Shown here: piece after piece, positions 26,346-40,145 of the stretch
Layout of the letters: every line of letters starts with the position of its first letter
How positions within the stretch are numbered: position 1 is the first letter of the stretch
Assembly (NCBI GenBank): GCA_951804945.1
Contig: OX638154.1
Span: 67,642,001-67,706,000, forward strand
Direction: 5' to 3'
Origin: Podarcis cretensis
Lineage: Eukaryota
Length of the DNA stretch: 64,000 nucleotides
Notes under the pieces: generated by a model
The model's database searches: none
The model's input: only the letters and a program-made list of their open reading frames with translations
Told to the model about the DNA's origin: nothing
Made by a program: the position numbers and the translations under genes

Positions 26346-26573
26346 CAGTGGTACCTCAGGTTGCAGATGCTTCAGGTTAAAGACACTTTAGGTTACAGAC
26401 TCCACTAACCCAGAAATAGAACATTGCCTCAGGATGAGTACAGAAATCGTGCTCCGGCGGCACGGCAGCAGTGGGAGGCCCTATTAGCTAAAGTGGTGCT
26501 TCAGGTTAAGAACAGTTTCAGGTTAAGAACGTACCTCTGGAACGAATTAAGTTCTTAACCCGAGGTACCACTG
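26346..26573. mobile_element. Tc1/mariner (Tigger/pogo-like) MITE
   Basis: TA|CAGTGGTACCTC(A/G)GGTT...AACCCGAGGTACCACTG|TA with internal TTCAGGTT repeats; sister copy at 60842-61083. Confidence 0.92.
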
Positions 26574-28429
26574 TACAGCTTTGTGTGCCATACTGGTAGC
26601 AATTTAAGCTTGCCTTTTCTAATGAGGAGTTGCACTCAGCAGTATGTATTAATAATTTGTAGTAAATTAAAACATCGGACACAATCCAGTAAAACAGGGT
26701 TGACCAACTCACAAGAGTCTGTGATCTACTTACAGAATTAAAAACTGTCAGTGATCTAGCCCCTTTTTGGGGTGCAGGTCTAAGTTGTTGAGCTTTTTTA
26801 GGCAGGAGGAAGGCCCATTTTTAGGGGTACAAGGCAAAAAAGGGGAGCTTCTTTTGGGGGAGCCACTGATCTATCTGTTGGACATGTCTGCAGTAAAACA
26901 AAGTCACAATACCAACAGATGAGGGGGTTGGGTTTCCCTTGTGTGCCTCTGTTCATGCAGCCTGGGGTAGGCTAAATGGGAGGTCTTTGTATCTTCCCTC
27001 ATCCCCACCTGATCTTCTTTTCTATGCTGTTTGGTGCAAGTTATTTGAATCAATGTGAGAGGGATGACCGGGTGAGATGCAGGAAGTGCACACACGAACG
27101 TCCCATCTGCAGGCTTACTCAAATGCAAGTAGGGTGAAAGGATGGGCTGGATGGTGCCAGAGGCAAAGGACAAGATGGTGTGCCCTCCTCAATCCTTGCA
27201 CAGAAGCTGACCACACTGGCAGATTCTTTCACCAAAAAGCAGCAGATTAGCTTAAGGGGCACATGATAGTAGTTCGTACAGCTTTGCCCTCCAGCATTTT
27301 GCCACTGTTTCCTACCCAGGCCAGTCCCTGTCATTAGGCAAAGTGCAGGAGCTTTCTCAGCTGAAGATGTACATAGAATGAGGAGCACCATGTTGTCCTT
27401 CACTCAAAGCATCAAAAATGGTTGGTCCTTAGGGTATGAATTATCTTTGTCTGAATATCAATTGTAATTTTTATTTTAATGAATACAAAACAAATCTGTA
27501 ATAAAGCTGCCCTCTACAATAAACATCACCTAGATGTTGAAGCATTTAGACTTCAGGTGCGTGGGAGTTGGGGAAAGGAACCAATAGCCTGGGATCTTGG
27601 TTTTCGTTGGTAAGCTTTCATTTTAGACTTTTCCAAAACAATTTTAATTATTGGACCTAGACTATAAAAAGATATTTTGCAGCAAGTTCTTAAGTATCTG
27701 TGGAAAGCATGCTTTGCAAGCCTTGTTCAACCATTTAAATGCACTACAAACAGTCCCAGTATGACAGTGAGGGAAGCAGAAAGGTACATACATGGCCAGT
27801 GGTGTGTATGTGTTTTCTTAAAAGATAAAAATGCCTAGTAATTAAAAACATAGGACTTCAGCATCTTATTAAGGTTTGTTTGTGGGGTTACTGTTGTTTT
27901 TTTGGACAAAATGCATTTTAAAAAAACACTGCAGGCATAATATTACTATAATAATCCTTTTTGTTATTCTTGACATGGATTAATTTCTATTCAGGAAAAA
28001 ATGGATAATTAACATTTTAGCTTATCACTTTCTGTCCATGCATACAAAACAATCTGTTAGCTGGTCTTCCAAGAATAACTAAATTAAATAATGAGTTTAG
28101 AAAGCAATGGAGTTGCAGTGAATTAGAGGTTACTTTATGGCTTGTTCCCAGTTCTTGGGGATCTGTATTTTCCACTTCCAGCTTCAATATCCAACTCTGC
28201 AGTTTAATTTATTTGCAAGGTTTGCTTCTTAATCTTACTTCCCTTTCTTAGATCAGATCACAAATAAATTGACCTGAAGCAAGAGGTAGAGCTCATTTTG
28301 GAAATATTCAAGTGATTTATTCTTTGCTGGGGGAAATCCACTCACATTCTTGTAAGGAGATAAGATGGGCTTTGGTTATGTAGAGGTCAATCTGATAAGT
28401 TCCTAGAGAGAGAGTGCTGAGCGGTATAG

Positions 28430-28430
<1 letters not shown>

Positions 28431-28466
<36 letters not shown>

Positions 28467-28493
28467 CGCGCGCGCACACACACACACACACAT
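28431..28493. repeat. Compound (TG)n-TA-(CG)5-(CA)9 microsatellite
   Basis: Uninterrupted purine/pyrimidine alternation. Confidence 0.95.
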
Positions 28494-28794
28494 TCCCATG
28501 GACAGCATGGCACATGAGGATTTGCTGATGATCAGAGTCCACCCGACTGGTATGTTTGGAACTAGGTTGGAGTTTTTCTTTTACAGACATGAGTCAAGCT
28601 GATTTAATTAAACCTCCAAAAACTGCTTGTTCTGCTGGCACTGTTCAACCTTCCAAATAGTAATTGTCTACCCACCACACAGTAATGAAATCTATACTAT
28701 TTACCAGTTTTGTCACTGAAATGCCATTATTGGAAATGGTGTAGGTAGGCTCTTGGGCTCTTACATTGCTTCCGGTCATGGACAATGCCTAGCT

Positions 28795-28897
28795 TAGGAA
28801 TGGGTAACTGCCATCCCTGGCCATTGGCCATGTTAAGTGGGACTGATGAGAGTCAAAATCTAATAATCTCTGGAGGGGTCCAAGTTCTGCATCCCTA
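28795..28897. mobile_element. Internally deleted hAT-type MITE
   Basis: TAGGAATG...CATCCCTA ends; TSD GCCTAGCT/GCCTAGCA. Confidence 0.65.
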
Positions 28898-28942
28898 GCC
28901 TAGCATGAACTCACAAGTACATCCTACTTGAGTGCAGTCTGC

Positions 28943-28945
<3 letters not shown>

Positions 28946-28995
<50 letters not shown>
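28946..28995. repeat. (CT)n microsatellite
   Basis: Direct reading. Confidence 0.95.
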
Positions 28996-28998
<3 letters not shown>

Positions 28999-29954
28999 GT
29001 GTGTGTTAGAGAACAGAAGGGTCATGCCTTTCAGTACAGATGCAATTATATGGCTTCATTGCCCTGTTCAACTCTGTGAAACCAGCAGCCATAGTGGAGG
29101 CACACCCAATCATGTCAGGGCCCCTCTGAGTTCCTTGCACTTTTGTTTGTGGGTTTGGTTTGTCTACCATTTGCCTTGTTTGTTTTGCACCTCAGTGGAC
29201 TAAAAGGAGAAGGCAGGATGCTTGACCTGTTTTGGGGACTAACAGTTGCTAAAAGCAGGGTGTGGGGAATAGCTTCCTTCTTGCTTCAGGAACTGTGGAG
29301 GTGTTTTGGGTTTCCTAGACCATAGAATTTCAAGGTCCTTAGAATCTTCAGGCATGTGGCAAATGCTGTGATCAAAACATCCCCTTGGCTTGTGTGACAT
29401 CACTCAGTGTGGATTATGTATTTTATAACATTCACTCCCATCTTAGGGAATTGTGCATGTACACCCTTGACTCATCCAGATTAAAAGAACAGCCACCAAC
29501 CCAGAATAATTTAAGAAATTGTGTTCTCTCTCTCTCTGATTCCTAACAGAACCATCCTTTCTCATAAGTTATTTTCTCTCTAACTACCTCAGGAACTTTG
29601 AAGAGCAGAGTGAGCACATGGGGGCCCTCCTTTTCCTTTGATGTGCCTGCTCCTAAGCTGAGGTACAAAGTGAACACTAGCAGGTTGTGTAGCATATGGT
29701 TTGTGTCCTTGGGGAGACACATTGTTGCGTGTGGCTTTATGTGAATGGGAGTAACTACCCCCAGTTTCATTATTCTCAATAGCACTAATGAGATTGAGAA
29801 TTCTCATTTCACCCGTGTTCTGGTAGGGAAAAGCTCTCTTTTAACTGCCCTAATTATAAGCATGACTGTGGTTCAAGCGTTGCAAGGCTGCACAGACCTT
29901 ATGAGCTTGGTTAGGAATACCCTTGGAGAGGTGAGGGGTATCATCATTTCTGAT

Positions 29955-30062
29955 TTCTTCTTTGCCAACCTGGTGCCCTCCGGGTGTTTCAGACTACAAC
30001 TAGATGGGACTGATAGGAGTTGTAGTCCAAAAAATCCAGAGGACTCCAGGTAAGTGAAAGCT
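29955..30062. mobile_element. Internally deleted hAT-type MITE
   Basis: GCCAACCTGGTGCCCTCC...GACTACAACT...GGAGTTGTAGTCC...CCAGGT foldback; boundaries approximate. Confidence 0.6.
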
Positions 30063-30365
30063 GGATTGCATGCATAGAGAACCCTGCAGTTGAATCCCTT
30101 GTCACATGTACTATATCTATGCTGATGCAGTATGCTCTGTTACAAGCTATGCTGAATGCATAAAAGAACAGGGGCAGGGTACACCATTCCATTCCCCCAT
30201 CAAAACAAATACAATAAATATAACTCTTCTGCACAGTTCTCATGTTAATAATGTGCACTAGGAAATCTTAATTTGCATTAGGAAGTCTTAAGGGTTCACT
30301 CTTAACAGAAAGGCAAACTAAGCTCCTTTTCTACTTCATTTCAGGGGATTGGCCATCTCCTAGGG

Positions 30366-30502
30366 CAGGAGTGGGAATCTGTGCCCCTCTGGATGTTGTT
30401 TCGACTGTAACTCCCATAATCCCTGAATATTGGCCCTTGCTAACTGGGGCTGATGGGAGCTGGATTCCAACAACACCTGGTGCTACAGGTTTATTACCCC
30501 TG
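30366..30502. mobile_element. hAT-type MITE, 137 bp
   Basis: CAGG...CCTG ends; TSD TCCTAGGG/CCCTAGGG; same internal layout as 5462-5596. Confidence 0.78.
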
Positions 30503-30549
30503 CCCTAGGGAGTAAAAAAGACCCTATCTCAGCAATTTCCAGTCACTGA

Positions 30550-30696
30550 GATAAGAAAACACATTAAGGTCCATCTAGACAAGCATCCTATTCTCACAGG
30601 AGCCAACCAGATCACTATGGAAAGACCTTAAGCAGGACCTAAGTGCAACATCACTCTTTCCACTTCTGGTTCCCAGTATGTGGTATTCAGAGGCAT
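30550..30696 (-). mobile_element. CR1 3' UTR remnant
   Basis: GGTCCATCTAGACAAGCATCCTATTCTCACAG..GCCAACCAGAT...GGTATTCAGAGGCAT resembles the reverse complement of a squamate CR1 3' end. Confidence 0.55.
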
Positions 30697-32186
30697 GGTG
30701 CAGATGCAGTTACAATCTGCAATGCAACCTTGCTTATTAAAAGTGGGGGTTGTCAGTGGAGGGGGTAGTATCCAAAAGGTATTGTTTGTTATGTATGTAA
30801 AATATTTATAACTTCCCTTCATCTGTACAGCCACCAGGGGAAGATACAAAAGCTAAGTACACTTGCCGGGTTGCATTGCTCACGGAGGTCAAGTGAGGGA
30901 TGCAAAATGGATTGCAGTTATTGGGAATTCTGAATAATTGATGTTTGTGCAATGGGGGTTCTGCTGTGTGTTTGCTGCAGATGGGAACATCGCATGCATT
31001 CTTTGCCCCATTGATACCTAGCTGGCTATTGTTCAGTGGAGGCAAGGCAAAGTCCGCCTGGCATTGGGTCTCCATTGTATAACACACTTTCTAAGAAAGG
31101 TTTACATGGTGTATGATGGAAGCATATTGTGCTGCGCGGTGAGATACTAGAGGTGAGAAACTATTTTGGTCCTCTCCTGTTGAGAATCATTCGCAATTCA
31201 GACTATGTTATAACAGTATGTTCCTTCTCACCATGTACCCATCAGTTGCAACTGACATTTCGCCTCCTGGTGTTTTCTGCTGTATGTCAACCAAATATAA
31301 CTGGCAATGGGAGGAGGGGTGGGAAAGCCTTTTCCCTTTCCTGATTTCTAAAGCGTATTTAATTATGTTACTAATGATCATGTGAAAAGCTCTTGCAATA
31401 GGACATTCATCCAATACTACCTACTACTAACTGGACCCAGCACGCTGTACCTAAGTAGCACTGAGTATTTTGGAGCAATATTCTTGCAAACAAATTAAAG
31501 AAAGTGGCTTAAAAAGCTTTAAGTAGGTGTTTTTGGGAAGTGGCGGCTGTCCCATATTCGAAGGCTGATTGCTCTTTGTTTAGCATACTTAGTACAATTT
31601 GATGGAACAGCTTCTTGCTCAAATGGCATATTATTGTTGGCTTTGCCTGAACAGCCGTTCAATGCTAATGAGGGGCAGGTGAGCAACATGGTGGCTTTTA
31701 AGATGAATGGCCTCTTGGCTTCCACATGCAACATTTGTTTGGACTGACTCCCAGTTCTCGAACTAATACTGTGCAGCCCAAGAATTATCTAAATGCTGTA
31801 TGTGAGAGTTTTTGTGTTGGGGTGTGTGTTTTATATCAGTGACTCAGACAATCTCTTTACTTGTTTCCATCATGAGCTAAGGCATTCTGGCGAAATGAGA
31901 GATGTTCTAGAAAAGCAATTTATTAAATTTTGAGAGGCAAACAGGATGTGGGAATCTTTATTTTTTATTTTTAGGGGAAAGGGTTGTTTCCCAACTACAT
32001 GCTTGTCCCAGCAGTCACAGGCAGGTAGTCTATAGAAATAGAAGTCACTCTTCAGATGATGAATAGATGTTGTTTTGCTAAGGTTTGGTAGAAGTCAGCA
32101 TAGATGGAAGTCCATGACAACTGGGAAAATCCATTCAGCATAGGACTAAACTAATGTAATCTAGATCCATTTCCAAATTTAGTAAG

Positions 32187-32188
<2 letters not shown>

Positions 32189-32228
<40 letters not shown>
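32189..32228. repeat. (TG)n(AG)n microsatellite
   Basis: Direct reading. Confidence 0.95.
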
Positions 32229-32229
<1 letters not shown>

Positions 32230-33289
32230 ATTGGGGGGTCTGGCAGGATAAGAAACCTCAAGTCTTTCTAGTCGGCTCTCAAAACTCACACACCCTCTCC
32301 CACGTTTGCCTCTGGTTCCATCCACTTCTGGCAGCCCCCAAAGTTTTCCCCATGAGAAAACGTGGCCCATGGACTAAAAGACAAGGTTCCCTTCTCCTGG
32401 GATAGGACATATGTAGGTACTCAGTGGCGCATGCAGCTGTGTGTGTAATCAATAGGACACACCATGTATATTGTACCCTGAATGCTGTGATTTCAGCAAG
32501 AGGTTAGAAGCCATGCCAAGCTTGACATTAAATGTGTCTTTGTATTCAGTGTGCTGGTGTTTAATGCAAATAGCAGTCAGGTATAGTGGGTGTGGGTAGC
32601 GCCTAATACATTGCATTGCAGCAGGAGGGGAGGCTTAAAATCACTTTTATGTGGATTTGGCTGGAAGCTCCCATTGGTTCCATAGTGGGAATCCCCTCCC
32701 CCCACACAAACAGCATAGGGAGGTAGTAAGTGTCTTTCATCAAGATGGCAGAAGGGGAGGGGAGGGTTAGTCCTGGTCATTAGAAACCTCCCCTCCCTGC
32801 CCCCCAGCAGCTACAAACATACATTAATGTCACATCTAATTTGGCCCCAAACCACCTTTTTAAGTTATATATGTTGCACTGAGATTTTTAATAGCAGATA
32901 TTGGTAGATGAATGGCAGTTTCCCAGCGAGATATCACCTTCATTTGGAAACACTTCCACTTGCATTGAAAGCACCAATTATTTAGCTAACGTTTTTCCAG
33001 CCATAATATTTCTAGTAGACAGATTTGTCAGGTAAGTGTGGACACATTTCCTGACACACCTAAGATAGCATCACATTAAATTTAGGAGTCTATGATGTCA
33101 TTCCCTGGCATTCAGCATGGGCTGTGATAATTGAAACTGTTGCTCTAAAAGTAGCCAGATTGAAGTCTGAATATTCTATAGATATGTGTATTTGTCACTT
33201 TACTTGTCAGACCTTTAAGACTGTACTAGAGGCTCTGCTCTCTGTCCTAATCCATGTATGATGTCACATGAGCCATATGTAATGTCACA

Positions 33290-33590
33290 TACAAGACACA
33301 GGAACATATTTGTAATGGTGGCTCCATGATGGTGGGACTCTCTCCCAGTACAGAATCACCAAGCACTCTGCCATCTGCTAAATGTCAGGAAGAGAGATTT
33401 TTTCTAAAAATTCAGACTAGCTTTTAATAAATGTCCTGCTGTTTTATGCTGTTTATGCAGAAGTTTTAATGCTGCTGCCTCAGTTTAATTGTTGCTCATT
33501 TTTTCTGCTTTAAATTTGACTTTTACTTTTTTGTGTTGAACGGTTTTTTTTATTGCAAGCCACTATAGTTGCAATAGCGAGTATGAATCT
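33290..33590 (+). mobile_element. Decayed L2 3' fragment
   Basis: GTGGCTCC..GATGGTGGGACTCTCTCCC (APxLWNSLP-like) followed by a T-rich 3' UTR and TGCAAGCCAC terminal motif. Confidence 0.45.
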
Positions 33591-36402
33591 GAACTTCAGT
33601 AAGATAAAACTTTATCTAACTTATGCTCAACTGAAAAGTCTGTTTCTGCTGCTTGATAATGTCAATTGCCTTTGCTTTCCCATTAACAATGGATTTTCCT
33701 GATTGTTCAGTTTGCAGGAACTGCTTTGCAAAGGACCATCATGTCACACTTGTTCTGGAAACTGAAACCCAGGCTGACAATTTGCTTATTGTTAAATAAT
33801 TTCCAAGTGTTAAAAGTTTGATGATTCTGAACATTAAATTTTATGAAGACAGGGATGCTTTCTGCAGCGTGAGGCCTGGAGCCAACTTGCTTGCTGTAGT
33901 AGGAGGAACAGGGGACTGAAACTCGCACATAAGTAATCAGATCCAGCTTGCGTCTCTGTGTGTATGTGCGTTCATGTTGGTTATAGTTTGTGATTTATAT
34001 ATAGCGCTCCTGAGAGCCACACTAAATTGGAACGTCAGGTTTGTGAACATGCAAGCAAATGCAGCATTGTCTTGCCTTCTAAAATATGCTGAGCATTCTT
34101 GCCTACAAAGTCTTTGTCCCAGGTTGAGGTCTGTGGAAAGTAACTATGTGTGGATGGAAACAGCTTGGCTAATTATTCCTGAAACAGAAGAAAATTAAAA
34201 TACTTTTTTTTCTTTTGCTTATAAGACACAGGGAAGCAATAAAAGCAGTGCCAGACAGTTAATGGCTCTTTTGTAACTTTCATTTGAGAGACCTCAAAAG
34301 AACATCAGGAAGAATCAAGGCAAATGCTATTCCCACCTGGTATCATTAAACATGTTGCACTCTCCAAAATGGAAAACTCTGATGATATTCTGGAAGAGCT
34401 GAAGAATAAATAGCACTAAAATGAAGTATGCATCTCTAGAGCTTTGGTACCTGCATTGTTAGAATCAATGCAAATTGGATAATTAGAAGAGAAGCTCAAA
34501 TTAGAGGAGTAAATTAATGTGTGGTGTGACTTGTTAATAATTGCCCCTCTCAAACATTAAGAGGATTAATATTGCATTGTTTCTAAATTACAAAAAAAAT
34601 TCCCATAAGATAGCAACAGAAATGGTTTAATTTTGAATTTTCTGAATGTCCATGATAATTTAATCATAAGGCTCATTTTCTATGCAAAACACAGAACATT
34701 GAAAGACGACTCTGCTACTGAGAAAATGAGGATGGGGCAGATCCCTTTTAATCTTTTGGACCAAATTCATTGTTTATTCTTCTTTTCACAATGGGAATCA
34801 TGTGTATTCACACCACTGTGTCCATTTGGTAACACACATCAGTAAATACGCAGCAGCTGTTAGAAAATGTTAGTTAGTTTTGCCGATGACCTTTTCCAGT
34901 TTGGTTTCTTTCATTATTTAATAGTGTAACCTTTGATTTTGTGGAGCAGCTTCAATGCTAAATGCAAAGGTTTAATAATTGGAATTGCTTCATAAGTGAC
35001 CTTTATTACATAGCTATCTCTTTGCAAGGGAAATCTCATTGTTTTTCAAGTCCTAATTCACCGTTTTAATTATGCTTTCTATTGACCACAAGCTCTAGTG
35101 GAAAATGGAAAGGTCAAACATTCCATTGTTCCTTTACGGATTTAAATGTAAGTTCTCTGCAACTGATACATGTTGCATTAAAAAAATAATAATAGGGTGG
35201 GTCTTTTCTATACATATCCAGAGTGAATCAGAGTTGCAGTAGTTCTGCTCAGCAGCATGGTTCTGCAGTCAAACAAGATGAGAGGAAGACATTCAAAGAC
35301 ATCTCAGTATCTTAGTGTTGCATTTTGAACAGATACAACGATTCCTGGAGGATCAGAGCTTTTCAAGGGAGGGATTTATCTCTTGAAAAGTTGGCTTGCT
35401 TTAGTGTTGGTATCAGGGAAAGCAGGAGCAATAACATGGGGTTCACAAGGAGAGGGGGCCAGGCTGATCTGTCCTGCTGCGGGGCTGCGTGTTCTTGTTA
35501 TTACATGCATGCAAGCCAAAATTCATTTCTGTAAGAACAGTCCAAACAGGCAAGTGTATGCAATAGCTGATTATTGTGCATGAACAGCTATGCTGGTCAT
35601 ATTTTTCAGAGTGGTTTTTAGGCATCATTTAATATGAGTAATACTTCCAGAAATATTTCCTTGGACTTTGCATTATGGACAATGGCTGCTTGAACATTTT
35701 CTTGCCTCCCCTTTTTCACTAGAAATCATTGTTCATTTCAGAAGCTGCAGGGGGGAATTATTATGATGCAACCAATTCCAGAATTTCAGTTTTATGTAAT
35801 GTTACCATTGTGCTAATGAGAAGCTGGCATGTAGGGTGTCAGATGTGAGGCTGATAAAGACATGCCTGCAAAGGAACAACTAGGAGCCTTAAAAGTGCAC
35901 TCAATTGTTCCGTGGCTAGTATGGCTTGCATATGGGAAAAAATAAACTTAGTGTCAAATGCAAAGCCCACTGGGACATTGCTGCACTTGGGAGCTCCCTA
36001 GTGGCAACCCCCAAGGGCATCCGATGCCTGTCCAAAGTGGGGTTTGAATCAGTTTCAGCTGCAAACTCTGCTGGGATTGACTGCACTGAGGAATTGCAGT
36101 CAGATCTCACCAGGGTTTGCAGTAAGCACTAATCAGCTGCAAGCCACTTTCAGCAGGAATTTTCCTTGGCGGGGGGTGGGGAACCCTGGCAGCTTGTGTT
36201 TAAATGCGACTCCAAAGGAAGAAAGTAAAGAATTGGGAGTGCACTCTCAATTATTTGCTTTGAAGTTGGGTGTCAAGTGATTGACAGCTGAGTGGTCCTG
36301 CCCATCTATTAAGATAACAGATTCTGCCCCCATCTCTGCTATAACATTTTGCTATAGTCATTTTGGCTTTGACCGCCAACTCATGGAAAATGTTATAGAT
36401 GA

Positions 36403-36516
36403 TACCTGACTTAAGTCATAGTCAGGGTAAACTCACTGAAAACAATGGACATAAGTTAGTCACTGCCATTGATTACAGTGGGTGTGCTCCGAATATGACT
36501 CAGTTAATTATCACCT
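36403..36516. repeat. Short palindromic interspersed repeat (same family as 43247-43366)
   Basis: AGTCATA...CACTGAAAACAATGGACATAAGTTAGTCACTGCCATTGATTACAGTG...TATGACT foldback. Confidence 0.55.
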
Positions 36517-39093
36517 TATGTGAATATAAATTTGTATATGAATTCTCTACAATTGGGGCATAACATTAATTCCTCCAGGGAGAATATATGTCCGTAGTAT
36601 CCTAAGATACTGCGCAAGAGTTCAACTAGGAACACTCACTCAAATTTATGGAGATTTTCCTGCTTCTAGAAGCAATAGAAAGGTAGCCTTCAGAACATAT
36701 TTCATTTAAGTTACTACTTTGCATCATTTAAGTGATGAGCATCAATATGGCGGTCCCATTTGGCAGGTACAGCCTTTGGGTATATTAAAAAATAAAGTGC
36801 TTAATTTGATATCCTCAAGTATCTCATGACAGTCTTGCTTGTATGAAGCTGCCAGTGCGTACTATCGATCACAGATGGTTCATGCAAGAAACATCAATAT
36901 TGAGAAAAAGCTCTGAAAAAGCCATTGTAGATTGAGTCATGATTATAAACAGATAAACGTAGTAAACTTATTAAAACATCAGTTTGTAAACAGGCCATAT
37001 TAATCCACATTGTGCTCAAAATCCTCTGGCAGAATCACTATTCCACACCAGTCCCACTGACATTATTATTGCTCATCAGTTTTGTAGCAACAGATGGTGG
37101 TGATGACACAGCTGTGCAAATCCTGAAGTCAAGACACCAAACAAGCAAACCTAGAGAGGGTCAAATAATAAAGCCAACAGCAGATCCAGTAGGACGTGAC
37201 AGATATTTAAGGTGGCAAAAGCTTTAATCTAGAAGGCTTCTAAAGCAATTGGATGGTCAGTAATAAAGGCTTGAACTGAATTTATTTTGATGGCAATTGG
37301 TGCTCTTTAAAAATTGATTTCCTTTTATCCAGTTAATGATATTTGACCTAAAGCATATACAAACAACAATTCAATTTCTTGTATGTTTTGGCAGTGTGTG
37401 TGTAGATCACATGTGAGTACACACCCACTCTCTTCTTGGTGTTTGCAAACACAAGTTTGACCCCAGAAGAGACAGTTGAACCAGACCAACCTTTCTACTT
37501 CACCACTCTCAGTTGCAGAAATCCCTTCTTAGGTGGTACATGACTCCACAGATTGCTGAGATAGATTTTACAAAATGATAACCACAAGACAATATAAAGG
37601 GGAAAGGCAATGTTCCAGTAGGTTGATTTGTTACATTCCATATGAACATTTTTTAAAAAAGGAAAATGAACAGTGAACAACAACCAAGCAAGCATACAGA
37701 GACCCATTCTTCCATAAGGAGGCCTTTTTCCTTCAGTGTTTTTTATGCTGCTATTTCTTCCTAGCGATTGTTGTGGGAAGTGAGGGACAAGGCGGGAAAC
37801 TTCTGTGTGGATCCAACATGCTGCTGATGCAATGGTTCCATCAGGACAAATATTTCTGCTTTTGCAATGGAATGTTTTGCCATTCTGCTCCTTCTTCATG
37901 CCCCCTCTAAATCCATTTTAGGCATTTCTCCAACCTAACAGAGCATATTTAGGGAGGGCACCTGGGGAAGGGAAGAATGGGGGAAGTCCCATTGTGCAAG
38001 TGGAAATCCTTGCACAGACAGCATGCATTAGTAGACAACCATCCTCTCTAGTTTTGCTGACAGGATCGTGTTCATTGGCACAACTTGTTGATAGTTGAAT
38101 CGGCTAAAACTCAGGCAGGTCCAAGGCCAGTCCAACCCTGCCCTCTTCCCACCCCTGATAGACCAGCTCCCACCTACAAGGAAACTTATTGTGATAGCTT
38201 CCACTTATCCACAGTTTAGTGGGACAGAGTCAGGTGCTTCACAGTGGAATGCTCTGCAATTTTCTTAGCCATCGTTTAATGGCTTAGCATTATGCACAAA
38301 AACAGCCAATAGCTAACAAGGTATGTTTTTCAAATGATTCATAATTACCATGTCATTATGAAATACTTAAATTCAGAGATAACACAGACACTACAATATT
38401 GACAAGATGTACCTGGGCAGCAGTATGATTAGATGACAAAAATGATTCCGGTAGTGGCAAATTACTTTGCTCCATTTATTATTAAAGACCCTAATGACCG
38501 TAATAGATCTTTTCCTCACAGAGCTAATAATAAATAGCTTTTATATCTCTAGAATGTATTAACTCTTTACGCATATTCTTTTTGATCAATATTGTCAAGC
38601 CAGTACAGTTTCCGCAGAGACCACCTTGACCAAAAAGCAACTTTTCTACCAAAAACACATTACATACCTTCATTTCTAGACCTTTAAAAATGAGGGGGGG
38701 GGGGAGGCATCTTGTGCAGTATAATGCAAACAATTATTATCTAGTTGACTTAAAATTGCAGAGGGCAGAGATTACATTTTATTCAATCTTCAGTGATAAT
38801 ATAAGCAGGAGAAAGTCTCCCTGATGGCTTTGTTGTCATCCTGTTATTAAATAGCTTCACTTGCTTTGCCACGTGGGAGTTGACTCCTTTTCTCCTCGCT
38901 GCCACTGTGTTGTACTTTCCCTCTCTATTTTCTTTACAGCACTCTTCCAACCAGATACCATGAGTGCAAATGCATATTATCTAACAACAGCATGTAATCA
39001 TGTTAGTCTTCTAATAATCATGTCTGCATTCTAATGGGCTAGGTAAAATTATTTGCCTCAAATCCTCCACAGGGTTCTAGCATTTATAATCCT

Positions 39094-39098
<5 letters not shown>

Positions 39099-39141
<43 letters not shown>
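39099..39141. repeat. (TC)n microsatellite
   Basis: Direct reading. Confidence 0.95.
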
Positions 39142-39145
<4 letters not shown>

Positions 39146-39735
39146 ATACATGCTACAATTGCTGAAATTCCAAAGTTCTCACTTCCACCCTGCACTTTTC
39201 TGGTTGCACAGATTTTAGCTGCATAACTGACATGCTCCAGCATGGAATCCCACAGAACCTCATTCCTGCCTTGGCTTTAATAGTTCCATGGGTATTTTAT
39301 TGACTATCTTTCTAAGTTTTAATCTCAGACTTTCCCCCCTGGCCTGTCTCAACTTCTTTTCCTCCCCTTTGATTGATTGGTACATGAGAATGGGCTTTTT
39401 CAATGGTCGCTCCCCATCTGTGGAATGTTCTCCCCAGAGAAAGATGCCTGGTGTCATTGTCAGTTTTTAGGGGCCAGGCAATGGCATTTGTAGTGTTGGT
39501 ACTGATCCAGTGACAGAGAAGCTGATCATTGACAAATCAGTATCAGTGTTGGTCTTAGAATGCTCTGCCCTTGAATCACCTGAAATGTTGGTTGATTTGT
39601 TTCTGGTGCCATGCAGGCACTGGGTTGGGTAACATGCCTTGTCACATGATGAGGCAGGAGCACAGATTTCTGGGAAGTGGCCTGTCCCAGAAACTGACAG
39701 TTTATTTTTGTTCTCTTCTCTTCCTCCCTTACCAG

Positions 39736-40145
39736 CCTCTACAACTGGACTGTGACCTGTGTGCCATCATTTCAAATTCAGGTCAGATGTCTGAACAGAA
39801 AGTAGGATTTGAAATTGACCAGTCCTCCTGTATCTGGAGGATGAACAATGCTCCTACCAAGGGCTATGAAGAAGATGTTGGGAAGCGGACCACTGTGAGA
39901 GTCGTCTCCCACACCAGTGTTCCTCTTCTGCTTAAGAATCCTGAATATTTTTTCAAGGAAACCAACAGCACAGTTTATGTCATCTGGGGACCTTTTCGAA
40001 ACATGAGGAAGGATGGCAGTGGCATTGTGTACAACATGCTGAAGAAGACTGTGGACAGCTACCCTGGGGCAAAAATCTATGTGACCACAGAGCAGCGCAT
40101 GAGTTACTGTGATGAAGTATTTAAGAAGGAAACTGGGAAAGACAG
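39736..40145 (+). CDS. ST6GALNAC3: Internal coding exon (equivalent to human exon 3) of alpha-N-acetylgalactosaminide alpha-2,6-sialyltransferase 3 (GT29 family)
   Basis: Translates PLQLDCDLCAIISNSGQMSEQKVGFEIDQSSCIWRMNNAPTKGYEEDVGKRTTVRVVSHTSVPLLLKNPEYFFKE...GPFRNMRKDGSGIVYNMLKK...FKKETGKD(R): sialylmotif L plus sequence I recognise as ST6GalNAc III. Branch-like CTGAC at 39694-39698, pyrimidine tract 39701-39730, acceptor CAG ending 39735, donor AG|GTAAGT at 40146. Length 410 nt, phase 0 start, phase 2 end. Other exons not seen in the window. Confidence 0.96.

Noticed and set aside
39571-39735. N-terminal 55 codons of the 192-aa ORF as a real N-terminus of ST6GALNAC3
   Set aside because: Non-ATG start, spans the branch point and pyrimidine tract, and does not resemble the type II membrane anchor and stem; it is intronic read-through.
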